In this document: positions 56,870-64,000 of the stretch, in pieces
Layout: each line of letters begins with the position of its first letter
Numbering within the stretch: the stretch's first letter is position 1
Assembly: GCA_040390125.1 (NCBI GenBank)
Contig: JAZJYZ010000001.1
Coordinates: 668,210-732,209, forward strand
Length of the DNA stretch: 64,000 bases
From: Patescibacteria group bacterium
GTDB lineage: Bacteria; Patescibacteriota; Minisyncoccia; Phycocordibacterales; Phycocordibacteraceae
Reading direction: 5' to 3'
The notes under the pieces: generated by a model
The model's database searches: none
Told to the model about the DNA's origin: nothing
What the model saw: the letters and a program-made list of their open reading frames with translations, nothing else
Program-made: the position numbers and the translations under genes

Positions 56870-57616
56870 CTACACTCCACCCTCTACACTCTTACTATCA
56901 AATCCGTAGACGAATCTAGTATCACCCGAATGGAAAAGACGTACATCAGGAATCCCGTACTTCACCATTAAGAGTCTCTCAAGCCCTCCTCCGAACGCAA
57001 ACCCTTGCACCTTCTCAGAATCAAGTCCTGCATTTTTAAAAACGCTTGGATGAAGCATTCCGGCTCCCGCCATCTCGAGCCAACGTCCCTCTTTCCCTGG
57101 CGCCTCAAACCACACATCTATCTCAACTCCGGGCTCGACAAACGGAAAGAAGCTGGGACGAAAACGCACTTTTGTACCCTCACCTAAATATTCTTTGTAA
57201 AAACGGTCAAAGGTTCCCTTCAAGTGCCCGAGGGTAATCTCACCAGTGGGTGCCACCGCAAAGCCATCAAGTTGATAGAACTGAGCCTCGTGAGTCATGT
57301 CGGTTGCTTCGTTGCGAAATACCTTACCGGGATTTATGGTGCGCATTGAAGTAGCGCCAGATTTTGCCATTTCCTCAAGGCAACGAATAGTCACGGATGT
57401 ATCGTGAGTGCGGAGTACAAAGCCAGGACGGTCTTTTATCCAAAACGTGTCCTGCATGTCACGAGCAGGATGATCAGCCGGCACATTGAGAGCACTGAAA
57501 TTATGAAATTCATCCTCAAGTTCAGGCCCGTAGGCAATACTGAAACCCATGCGTCCGAAAATCTCCGCAATATCTCGGAGGGCGACAGAAATAGGGTGCA
57601 AGCGACCTTTTGGCAT
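56870..57616 (-). CDS. pheS: Phenylalanine--tRNA ligase alpha subunit, catalytic core only (248 aa)
   Basis: Class-II motifs FNFSALNVPADHPARDMQDTFW and GFAFGGGLERL. Lacks the usual N-terminal ~90 aa. Confidence 0.9.
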   Translation of the reverse strand: MPKGRLHPISVALRDIAEIFGRMGFSIAYGPELEDEFHNFSALNVPADHPARDMQDTFWIKDRPGFVLRTHDTSVTIRCLEEMAKSGATSMRTINPGKVFRNEATDMTHEAQFYQLDGFAVAPTGEITLGHLKGTFDRFYKEYLGEGTKVRFRPSFFPFVEPGVEIDVWFEAPGKEGRWLEMAGAGMLHPSVFKNAGLDSEKVQGFAFGGGLERLLMVKYGIPDVRLFHSGDTRFVYGFDSKSVEGGV

Positions 57617-57689
57617 ATGAAGAGTATACCTGTCCGAAACTCCGACTCAAAACCCGCTGTCGAAAAAACGAGGACTAAAAAGACAAAAA

Positions 57690-57756
57690 ACAATTTAAAA
57701 AGCAAAAAGAGCTGTATAGCATAATATGACGGTCGTCATATTATACTATACAGCTC
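57690..57756 (-). terminator. Intrinsic terminator of the PEGA-GT2 transcript (long hairpin then a U-run on the minus strand)
   Basis: gagctgtatagcataatatgac-ggtc-gtcatattatactatacagctc has ~22-bp arms with one mismatch. The plus-strand A-run 57690-57708 gives the U-tract. A second perfect 16-bp hairpin ggtacacgtggggcta-cctctagg-tagccccacgtgtacc lies just upstream at 57778-57817. Confidence 0.65.
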
Positions 57757-57851
57757 TAAACCCCACTTCGGTACATCGGTACACGTGGGGCTACCTCTAG
57801 GTAGCCCCACGTGTACCGAATCGAGCACTCCAAGCGCTGTATTAGAAACCC

Positions 57852-58709
57852 TTAGAAGCCAGAAATATCGTAGAGGACTTTACCGTCTTTAACTATCAAA
57901 GAACCGCTCACGATACGAAACTCTGCACCTGGCCGACTATAGAGTGGAACAACAAGCGGGATTGGGCGAACATCGTTTTCAGCGAGAAAGATGCCTGACT
58001 CCTTTGTCGCATACACAACACCGCCTGCAAAAAATCGAGCATCAGTAACTGTGTCCTTCCCTTTTTCAAGGAAAAACTCTTGAACGCACGCTGAGGGCTT
58101 CAGACAAAATGAACTCGGTGTGGAGCGAGGATCCTTGATCCAGCGAACAACTATATTGCCATTCTCTACATATAACTCGGTTCCACCTCGAGTAGCGGAG
58201 GGTGTTGATGTCGCATCTGTGTCACGAAGCGGTGAAGAAGTTGCTTGATTAGAAAATGCTTTAAGAAGTGCAGTGTACTCATTTCTTGAAACAGCATGAG
58301 TTGTGGAAGCGATTTGGCTCTCGTCGCCTATTTCTATTTCACGGATTGAAATCGATTGAGGTACAAGAAACGCCGCAACGTCAGTAACAATTCGTGGCTC
58401 TACCGTAATCTTCTTTACCCATGGGTAGTAACCATCTTTGGACACCTGCACTATATACGCTCCCTCAACAAGATTGTCCGTATAAAATGACCGAGTAAAA
58501 AGTCCGCTCACTCCTTCTTCTTTACCATTAATAACAACACTTGCGTCAGAGATGGGCACCGAAACATAAATCCCTCCTGTCTCCACAAGAGAAAAACCAT
58601 TAAACCGGTACCCCGAGGCGTAGAAGACTGCAATCGGTACCGTGCAAAGAAATGCCGTGACAGACACCGCAAGATAGACGAAGCGAGTTCTCGCTGAAAG
58701 GGGTTTCAT
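57852..58709 (-). CDS. Membrane-anchored PEGA-domain protein
   Basis: N-terminal TM. PEGA-like segment ASVVINGKEEGVSG...VEGAYIVQVSKDGYYPWVKKITVEP. Confidence 0.55.
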   Translation of the reverse strand: MKPLSARTRFVYLAVSVTAFLCTVPIAVFYASGYRFNGFSLVETGGIYVSVPISDASVVINGKEEGVSGLFTRSFYTDNLVEGAYIVQVSKDGYYPWVKKITVEPRIVTDVAAFLVPQSISIREIEIGDESQIASTTHAVSRNEYTALLKAFSNQATSSPLRDTDATSTPSATRGGTELYVENGNIVVRWIKDPRSTPSSFCLKPSACVQEFFLEKGKDTVTDARFFAGGVVYATKESGIFLAENDVRPIPLVVPLYSRPGAEFRIVSGSLIVKDGKVLYDISGF

Positions 58710-58741
58710 GTAGAAATCAGTATATCCGATACTAGTAGGTC

Positions 58742-60304
58742 TTAAACTCCTTTGGGTGGAGTACTGCTTGGTCTATTTTTTGGCGTCACCCAAAAACCAA
58801 GATACTTTGCAAAGAAGAGTCGCACTTGTGCATCGAGTCCTGGAATTGCACTAAAAATAACCATCGTAAACGGCACCAGTATCCACTGGAGTGCCATGGT
58901 AACACTTCGTCTCCAGGAATATTCTTGCGGACGTTGTGGGACAAGGTACATAAAGAAAATCGACGAGAAAACGAGCCCCGACATCGCAAGCGTTAAAAAC
59001 CACGTTGCTACAATCGGAAGATTGTAAGAAAGCACTGACGCATTAAACGCATGACCACCAATAAAAAGAGGAAGCCATCCAACAGCAAAAAGAATTAATG
59101 GATGTGTTGCCAGCGACCAAAACCCTTCAATCTGCACAAAAGAGAGGTGCAATTTTTTTGAAAATGGAATTCGTGGATTGTGCATAAAATTAAAAAGCAT
59201 GTACGCAATATTTTCAGCACCATACGACCACCTGCGATGCTGTTTGTACAAACTCCCCACCGTGCCAAACCAGCTTTTGGAAACGTTTGCATCCATAGAC
59301 ACCGGATAAGAAATTGGCACCACACGATAGTTCCCGTCGTAGTGAATGAAAAGATTAAAAAAGATTCGTGAATCTTCAGACACAACATTCTTCTGCCAGT
59401 AACCAGCATCAACCAGTGCACGCATAGACACGGCGTGCGAAGAGAATGTCGTAAGACGTTCAGGCATCTCTTGCTGAATCATTTGCCAAAACGTTGACGA
59501 ATATGCGAGCACTCTGGAGAGAATGGGTGCATTCCAAATATTATTGTTATAGAGAGGTACTGGCTGAAAGGATGCATGGAGTGGGTCATCCTCAGTAAGA
59601 AAATGCCACGTGAGGCAGGAAAAATAATCCGGATATATGACAGTGTCAACATCAAATGCAGACACGAGGGTGCGCTCTAAACTACTACCTCGTGCATCTA
59701 ATATCTTTGTCTTTGCCTCCTTGGCGGCGTACGCAATATTAGAACCTTTTCCTGGAAGCTCTCCAGGTGTACCCGATGGATGCACGGTAACCAGCACTTC
59801 CAAAAAATGATCCTTAAATTCTTGCTGTAGTCGCTCGGCTGTGTGACGAGCTTCTGGCCCCGCTCGCTCTTCGGACGCAATAACAACCGCAATCTGGTTT
59901 TTCGGGAAACGGGACTTCTCGAGTGCAGAAATACTCTCAGCAAGCACTTCGTAGGGTTCATTCGCAAACGGAAAAATAACAACGTGGAGGATATCGTGGT
60001 ACTTAAGATTCGAAAGGCGCTCCGTCCAATTCACTTCCATGTTGTGACGAAGTCGCTTGAAGTTATGCCACAGGTGAACTGAGAGAAAGATAGTCTTGAA
60101 AACCCAGTATCCTGAAAACAAAATAGTGAAGTACGCAGCGTAGGTTGGTGCAAAAAAAGAGAGTGCAACTAACCCAAAGAGTGTTCCAAATGAAAGTACC
60201 CCAGGAAGTATTTCAAACAGGCGATATATAAAACGGCTACGGCCAGTCAAATCGGAGGCCCTGCTCACATGCAGATACGGATCTTTTATCAGTGCGCTTT
60301 CCAT
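58742..60304 (-). CDS. Family-2 glycosyltransferase, processive (cellulose/chitin-synthase-like) membrane enzyme
   Basis: DXD (FDVDTVIYPDYF) and QxxRW (YKQHRRWSYG) motifs. Multiple TM helices at both ends. Confidence 0.8.
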   Translation of the reverse strand: MESALIKDPYLHVSRASDLTGRSRFIYRLFEILPGVLSFGTLFGLVALSFFAPTYAAYFTILFSGYWVFKTIFLSVHLWHNFKRLRHNMEVNWTERLSNLKYHDILHVVIFPFANEPYEVLAESISALEKSRFPKNQIAVVIASEERAGPEARHTAERLQQEFKDHFLEVLVTVHPSGTPGELPGKGSNIAYAAKEAKTKILDARGSSLERTLVSAFDVDTVIYPDYFSCLTWHFLTEDDPLHASFQPVPLYNNNIWNAPILSRVLAYSSTFWQMIQQEMPERLTTFSSHAVSMRALVDAGYWQKNVVSEDSRIFFNLFIHYDGNYRVVPISYPVSMDANVSKSWFGTVGSLYKQHRRWSYGAENIAYMLFNFMHNPRIPFSKKLHLSFVQIEGFWSLATHPLILFAVGWLPLFIGGHAFNASVLSYNLPIVATWFLTLAMSGLVFSSIFFMYLVPQRPQEYSWRRSVTMALQWILVPFTMVIFSAIPGLDAQVRLFFAKYLGFWVTPKNRPSSTPPKGV

Positions 60305-60325
60305 ATAACTTTTAGAGGCAGAAAA

Positions 60326-61288
60326 CTAATGCCGAAAAGCACGAATACCAGTAACTACCATAGCCACATTGCCTTCGTTGCATGCAAGGATAGACTCCTC
60401 ATCACGAATCGAGCCACCTGGGTGGATAATCGCAGAAACGCCTGCATTAATTAACACATCAGTAGCATCACGGAATGGGAAAAAAGCGTCAGACGCCACA
60501 CGAGCTCCTTTCATTCGCTCACCTGCCTTTGTGACACACAGCTCCGCACAACGCTTGCGGTCCTGCTGACCAACACCAGAAGCAATAAGTGTTTTGTTTT
60601 TTACAGCAACGACGGTGTTAGATTTCGAACTCCTGCAGATCGCCCAGGCGAACATGAGATCCTCTAGTTCTTCCGGAGAAGGCGTGCGTGCGGTCACGAC
60701 CTTCAAGGCAGAAGGTTCGATGGTGGCGCTGTCTGCGTCCTCGATGAGCATACCTCCACGAATCTTATGCATTGCCTTTGCGGTGAGAGGTATTGGATTT
60801 TGAAGTGCGATATTTGTGAGCACTCGGAGATTAGGTTTTTTTGCAAAAACCTGTAGAGCCTCTGGAGTGACGGAGGGTGCCATGAGTATCTCAAAGAAAT
60901 TGGCAATCATTTTTTCTGCAAGCGATGCATCAACTTCCCTATTGACCGCCATGATGCCACCAAACGCTGCCAAAGGGTCGCCCTCGTACCATGCAGAATG
61001 GTACGCATCCGCCAGATTTTCCCGGAGTGCAGCTCCACAAGGGTTGGTGTGTTTTACAATCACACAGCCTGCCTCAGCACCCCCCAAATGAGACAGGGCA
61101 AAAAGAGCTCCGTCCATATCAAGATAATTGTTGTATGAAAGCTCTTTACCCTGCAAAACTTTAAAATTCTGAATTGCCAGCGGGTCAGAACTCTCAGCCT
61201 CAATCTCATAAAACCCGCCCTCTTGATGAGGGTTCTCGCCGTAACGGAGCTTTGTGCTTTTGCCAAATTTAAGGGAATCAGAATTCAT
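60326..61288 (-). CDS. purH: AICAR transformylase domain protein (PurH C-terminal half only; no IMP cyclohydrolase/MGS domain)
   Basis: LRYGENPHQ, VKHTNPCG and C-terminal ASDAFFPFRDATDVLINAGVSAIIHPGGSIRDEE. The ATG at 61288 is used. The longer ORF to 61396 would run through the tRNA. Confidence 0.8.
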   Translation of the reverse strand: MNSDSLKFGKSTKLRYGENPHQEGGFYEIEAESSDPLAIQNFKVLQGKELSYNNYLDMDGALFALSHLGGAEAGCVIVKHTNPCGAALRENLADAYHSAWYEGDPLAAFGGIMAVNREVDASLAEKMIANFFEILMAPSVTPEALQVFAKKPNLRVLTNIALQNPIPLTAKAMHKIRGGMLIEDADSATIEPSALKVVTARTPSPEELEDLMFAWAICRSSKSNTVVAVKNKTLIASGVGQQDRKRCAELCVTKAGERMKGARVASDAFFPFRDATDVLINAGVSAIIHPGGSIRDEESILACNEGNVAMVVTGIRAFRH

Positions 61289-61325
61289 AACAGGAAAGAA
61301 CTTTGATTGTACCAGAAATCGGTTA

Positions 61326-61401
61326 TTTTTCTTATTGGAGCCGCCTCCCAGATTCGAACTGGGGACCTTCACTTTACAAAAGTGTTGCTCTACCAACTGA
61401 G
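61326..61401 (-). tRNA. tRNA-Thr (anticodon UGU)
   Basis: GCCGCCTTAGCTCAGTTGGTAGAGCAACACTTTTGTAAAGTGAAGGTCCCCAGTTCGAATCTGGGAGGCGGCTCCA. 7-bp acceptor stem, D-loop AGTTGGTA, anticodon loop TTTGTAA, T-loop TTCGAAT, CCA encoded. D-arm identical to E. coli tRNA-Thr. Confidence 0.85.
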
Positions 61402-61422
61402 CTAAGGCGGCAATGGTATGTA

Positions 61423-61827
61423 CTATACAGATTTTTCTTTCTCACCGCCATTACCTGAACTCATTTGAGGTTTCTCAGGAGCAATGGTCTTGAGGAAAGA
61501 TGACACTTCTTTCTTGCTGGTATTTGAAGTCGCCATCCGCATTCGGTATGAAAGTCGTGTAAGCGGTCTCTCCAAAGCACGAAGACCTGCGACAAGCAGA
61601 AGAACGCCTGCGTGAGTAGTTTGGCGGAGAAACATGAGAAATTGAAGTCGATAGTGACGAGGAATGCTCCCTGTGACGGAAGAGTGATACATCTCTATAA
61701 CCTTTTCATCAACTGCTGTACGTACTGGCGCCCACAAACGAACTCCTCGCTTTTCCTCAAATAGACGAAAAGCAACGAACACGCCGAGAAGAACAAGCGC
61801 AACTAGAAACATGACTATCCAGAGCAT
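61423..61827 (-). CDS. Hypothetical membrane protein (134 aa)
   Basis: ATG start. Two TM segments (MLWIVMFLVALVLLGVFVAF, AGVLLLVAGL). Ends 3 nt upstream of tsf. Confidence 0.45.
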   Translation of the reverse strand: MLWIVMFLVALVLLGVFVAFRLFEEKRGVRLWAPVRTAVDEKVIEMYHSSVTGSIPRHYRLQFLMFLRQTTHAGVLLLVAGLRALERPLTRLSYRMRMATSNTSKKEVSSFLKTIAPEKPQMSSGNGGEKEKSV

Positions 61828-61829
61828 AC

Positions 61830-62414
61830 TTATTTAGTAGAGAATCTCGTAAAGCGATCTATGTCAACGCGCTCGCCGAATTTCTGAATTGCTCCATCAA
61901 TCACAGCCTGGATAGTTTTTTCCGGATCTTTTATGTAGGTCTGCTCAAGCAAAACCAAGTTTTTTAAATACGCATCCACCTTTCCGCCAAGAATGGTTTC
62001 TTTGAGATTGTCCGGCTTCCCTTCTACTTCTTTTATAAAAAGTGCCTTAATTTCTTCTAACTTCTCGGGAGAAATTTCGTCGCGTCGTACATACTGCGGA
62101 TTTGATGCGGCAACTTGGAGCGCAAGATCACGTGCGAGTGCAACAAATTCTTCATTCTTAGCAACAAAGTCAGTTTCGGAACGCAAGATTAGCATCGAGC
62201 CGATTTCCTTATTGGAGTGTATGTATGATGCAACAATGCCAGCGGCGAGTGTTCGGTCTCCTTTTTTAGCGGCGAGTACGCCACTCTTTTTTGAAAGAAT
62301 CATGAGCGCCTTTTCCTTGTTGCCATCCGCCTCTACGAGAGCTGCTTTGCACTGCATAACAGAAATGCCTGTTTCTTCACGAAGTGCTTTGACCATGTCT
62401 GAAGTAATTTCCAT
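61830..62414 (-). CDS. tsf: Elongation factor Ts (short form)
   Basis: N-terminal UBA-like MVKALREETGISVMQCKAALVEADGNKEKAL. 194 aa. Confidence 0.9.
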   Translation of the reverse strand: MEITSDMVKALREETGISVMQCKAALVEADGNKEKALMILSKKSGVLAAKKGDRTLAAGIVASYIHSNKEIGSMLILRSETDFVAKNEEFVALARDLALQVAASNPQYVRRDEISPEKLEEIKALFIKEVEGKPDNLKETILGGKVDAYLKNLVLLEQTYIKDPEKTIQAVIDGAIQKFGERVDIDRFTRFSTK

Positions 62415-62471
62415 ATGAGAAGTATGCCTGACTATACATTTAAAGTCACGACCGCTTTTGCGTTCTTATTT

Positions 62472-63215
62472 CTAACTTTTGATTTCAGCTGCGCTCTCCT
62501 CTGCAGGAAGCACAACACGCCCCTTCGTTCCTTCACGATACGCATCGGTAACCTGTCCAAGGAAAAATAAAACAGACTCTTTTGATGCGTCGTTTCCAAC
62601 AATCGGATACTGCACCGCAGAGAGATCGCAATCAGAATTCATAATACCAACTACGGGAATGCCTAACGTTGCCGCTTCAGAGACTGCAATAGATTCAGCA
62701 CGGGTATCAACTATCAAAAGTGCGTCAGGAAGCTTCTCCATAGCGTTTAAACCAAGAAAATTTTCTTCAAGACGATTGATTTCACGATCAAAAAGAACTC
62801 GCTCCTTCTTTGTATATTTCTTTGCTGAGGCTCCGGTATCTCGCTCGCCAGTGAGTTCCTGCATCCGCTTGATACGACGTTTAATTTCAGTGAAATTAGT
62901 GAGTGTACCCCCAAGCCAGCGACCAGCGACATACGGCATACCGAGCTCAATGGCGGTAGTTTTGACAATATCTTTCATTTCCGGCTTGCCCCCAACAAAC
63001 AACACCGTCTTGCCATGTGCACCAAGCCCTCGAACAAAAGTGAGTGCGTTCTCCATAATAGGAGCCGTCTTAGTAAGGTCGAGAATATCAGTCTTATTTT
63101 TTGACCCGTAGACAAGGGATTTCATCGTCGCATGGCGTCGTGAACGGGAAAAGCCAAAGTGGGCCCCCACCTTAAAAAGGGCTTCGACGAGCGGTGAATC
63201 GGTATTCTGTGACAT
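62472..63215 (-). CDS. rpsB: 30S ribosomal protein S2
   Basis: FKVGAHFGFSRSRRH..., VLFVGGKPE and VAGRWLGGTLTNF motifs. The ATG at 63215 is preferred over the longer ORF. Confidence 0.92.
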   Translation of the reverse strand: MSQNTDSPLVEALFKVGAHFGFSRSRRHATMKSLVYGSKNKTDILDLTKTAPIMENALTFVRGLGAHGKTVLFVGGKPEMKDIVKTTAIELGMPYVAGRWLGGTLTNFTEIKRRIKRMQELTGERDTGASAKKYTKKERVLFDREINRLEENFLGLNAMEKLPDALLIVDTRAESIAVSEAATLGIPVVGIMNSDCDLSAVQYPIVGNDASKESVLFFLGQVTDAYREGTKGRVVLPAEESAAEIKS

Positions 63216-63258
63216 GCGGATTACTCTAACACAGAGGAAAGACTCGGGCAACGACGTA

Positions 63259-63337
63259 AAAAGCTGTCAGGTGCCAGCTGTCAGCTTTTAGCTTTTAAAT
63301 TCAAAGCTAGAACCTGGAAGCTGAAAGCTAGAAGCTT
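63259..63337. repeat. agctgtcag / agctggaag heptamer palindromic element between the release factor and rpsB
   Basis: aaaagctgtcaggtgccagctgtcagcttttagc - ttttaaattcaa - agctagaacctggaagctgaaagctagaagctttc. Confidence 0.75.
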
Positions 63338-64000
63338 TCAATCGGTTTCCGCTTCAGAGGCTTTTGCCTTAAGCGTTGCCAGAATATCACCTATGTTTCC
63401 CTCCAAAATAGACTCTATGTTATGCCACGACTCCTTGATACGGTGATCCGATACACGGTCCTGCGTAAAGTTGTACGTGCGTATCTTTTCAGACCGATCC
63501 CCCGTGCCAATTTGAGATTTACGATGTGCAGAGTGTTCTGCCGCCGCTTTTTCTTCCTCGTACGTTTCAAGCTTTGCGGAGAGAATCTGCATTGCCTTTT
63601 CACGATTTGCCTTCTGACTGCGCTCCGACTGTGCTCTCACTTCAAGCCCTGTAGGTTTGTGAATCAGGCGGACAGCTGTTTCCACTTTGTTGACGTTCTG
63701 TCCACCCGCTCCCCCAGAGCGAGAAAATTCCATCTCGATGTCAGCAGGATTCAATTCAAACTTCGGAAATTTTCGGAGTGGCAGTATCGCAACTGACGCA
63801 GTCGACGTGTGTATACGCCCTGATTTTTCGGTTACCGGAATACGCTGAACACGGTGTACACCAGTTTCATACCGAAGTGCATCATAGACACTCCTACCAG
63901 TCACCTCTATTGATTCAAGATTAGAATCAAGTATTTTTACTCCCCATCCCTGCCCTTCAGCGTACCGCATATACATGCGTGCCAAGTCTCCTGCAAAAAT
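63338..64000 (-). CDS. prfA: Peptide chain release factor (RF1-like), N-terminus outside the window
   Basis: GGQ motif [25 protein letters not shown]. The ORF runs through the window edge ([13 protein letters not shown]). RF1 versus RF2 is not firmly resolved; the PxT/SPF region is outside the window. Confidence 0.7.
   Translation of the reverse strand: MFAGDLARMYMRYAEGQGWGVKILDSNLESIEVTGRSVYDALRYETGVHRVQRIPVTEKSGRIHTSTASVAILPLRKFPKFELNPADIEMEFSRSGGAGGQNVNKVETAVRLIHKPTGLEVRAQSERSQKANREKAMQILSAKLETYEEEKAAAEHSAHRKSQIGTGDRSEKIRTYNFTQDRVSDHRIKESWHNIESILEGNIGDILATLKAKASEAETD

Noticed and set aside
57617-57851. T-box riboswitch upstream of pheS
   Set aside because: No T-box consensus (AAUUAGGGUGGUACCGCG-like) is present. 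The two long hairpins are followed by a U-tract on the minus strand and sit directly after the PEGA gene, so they are better explained as its terminator.
60326-61396. Full-length 356-aa ORF for PurH starting at 61396
   Set aside because: Its first 36 codons overlap the tRNA-Thr gene (61326-61401) on the same strand. The conserved PurH sequence begins right after the ATG at 61288.
1-64000. Search for rRNA genes, additional tRNAs, tmRNA, SRP RNA, RNase P RNA and IS/transposase genes
   Set aside because: No 16S/23S/5S-like stretch was seen. There is no second GTTCGAATC-type T-arm with a matching acceptor stem, no CCA-terminated tRNA-like tmRNA end, and no DDE or serine-recombinase ORF. Only tRNA-Thr could be supported by eye.

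Overview
This 64-kb window is a gene-dense bacterial chromosomal segment, mostly housekeeping genes on the minus strand. Recognised genes (minus strand unless marked +): uppP, a DsbA-like oxidoreductase (+), rpoD, dnaG, rpoC, rpoB, trmD, a KH-domain protein, zwf (+), gnd (+), rpsP, rnr (+), gdhA, an SMC-like ATPase, rnc, a NusB-NUDIX fusion, rpmF, rnhB, dnaE (+), thrS (+), gyrB, purD, an MscS channel, pheT, pheS, an AICARFT-only purH, tRNA-Thr(UGU), tsf, rpsB and a window-truncated release factor. Many of these enzymes are N-terminally minimised (ThrRS without the TGS domain, a 589-aa PheT, a 248-aa PheS, a 1030-aa DnaE, a 725-aa SMC). Together with a giant Ig-repeat adhesin, a sortase, PEGA and CARDB proteins and a four-helix-bundle protein, this is consistent with a reduced-genome lineage such as Patescibacteria/CPR; that assignment is inference and has not been checked against any database. 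The most unusual signals are listed below. (1) A family of short 7-mer-periodic, ctag/agct-centred, roughly palindromic elements occupies nearly every intergenic gap; copies are inserted in frame inside dnaG (twice) and trmD and are translated as Ser/Gln-rich peptides, as Rickettsia palindromic elements are. (2) An 86-bp tandem repeat lies downstream of trmD, and its last copy is a perfect 14-bp hairpin with the trmD stop codon in its loop. (3) A cassette at 48.9-50.2 kb is bracketed by palindromes and holds one basic ORF with a G8 tract, followed by a C11 tract. (4) Four 24-bp perfect palindromes of the form TGTGC-N14-GCACA sit at gene 3' ends. (5) A cluster of small Cys-rich ORFs lies between a GNAT gene and gdhA, and one of them is split by an in-frame TAA. 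(6) The 1254-aa adhesin next to the sortase gene carries an internal IPYTG sorting signal followed by a hydrophobic segment and a KGG..R tail. No rRNA, CRISPR array or recognisable IS/transposase was found.
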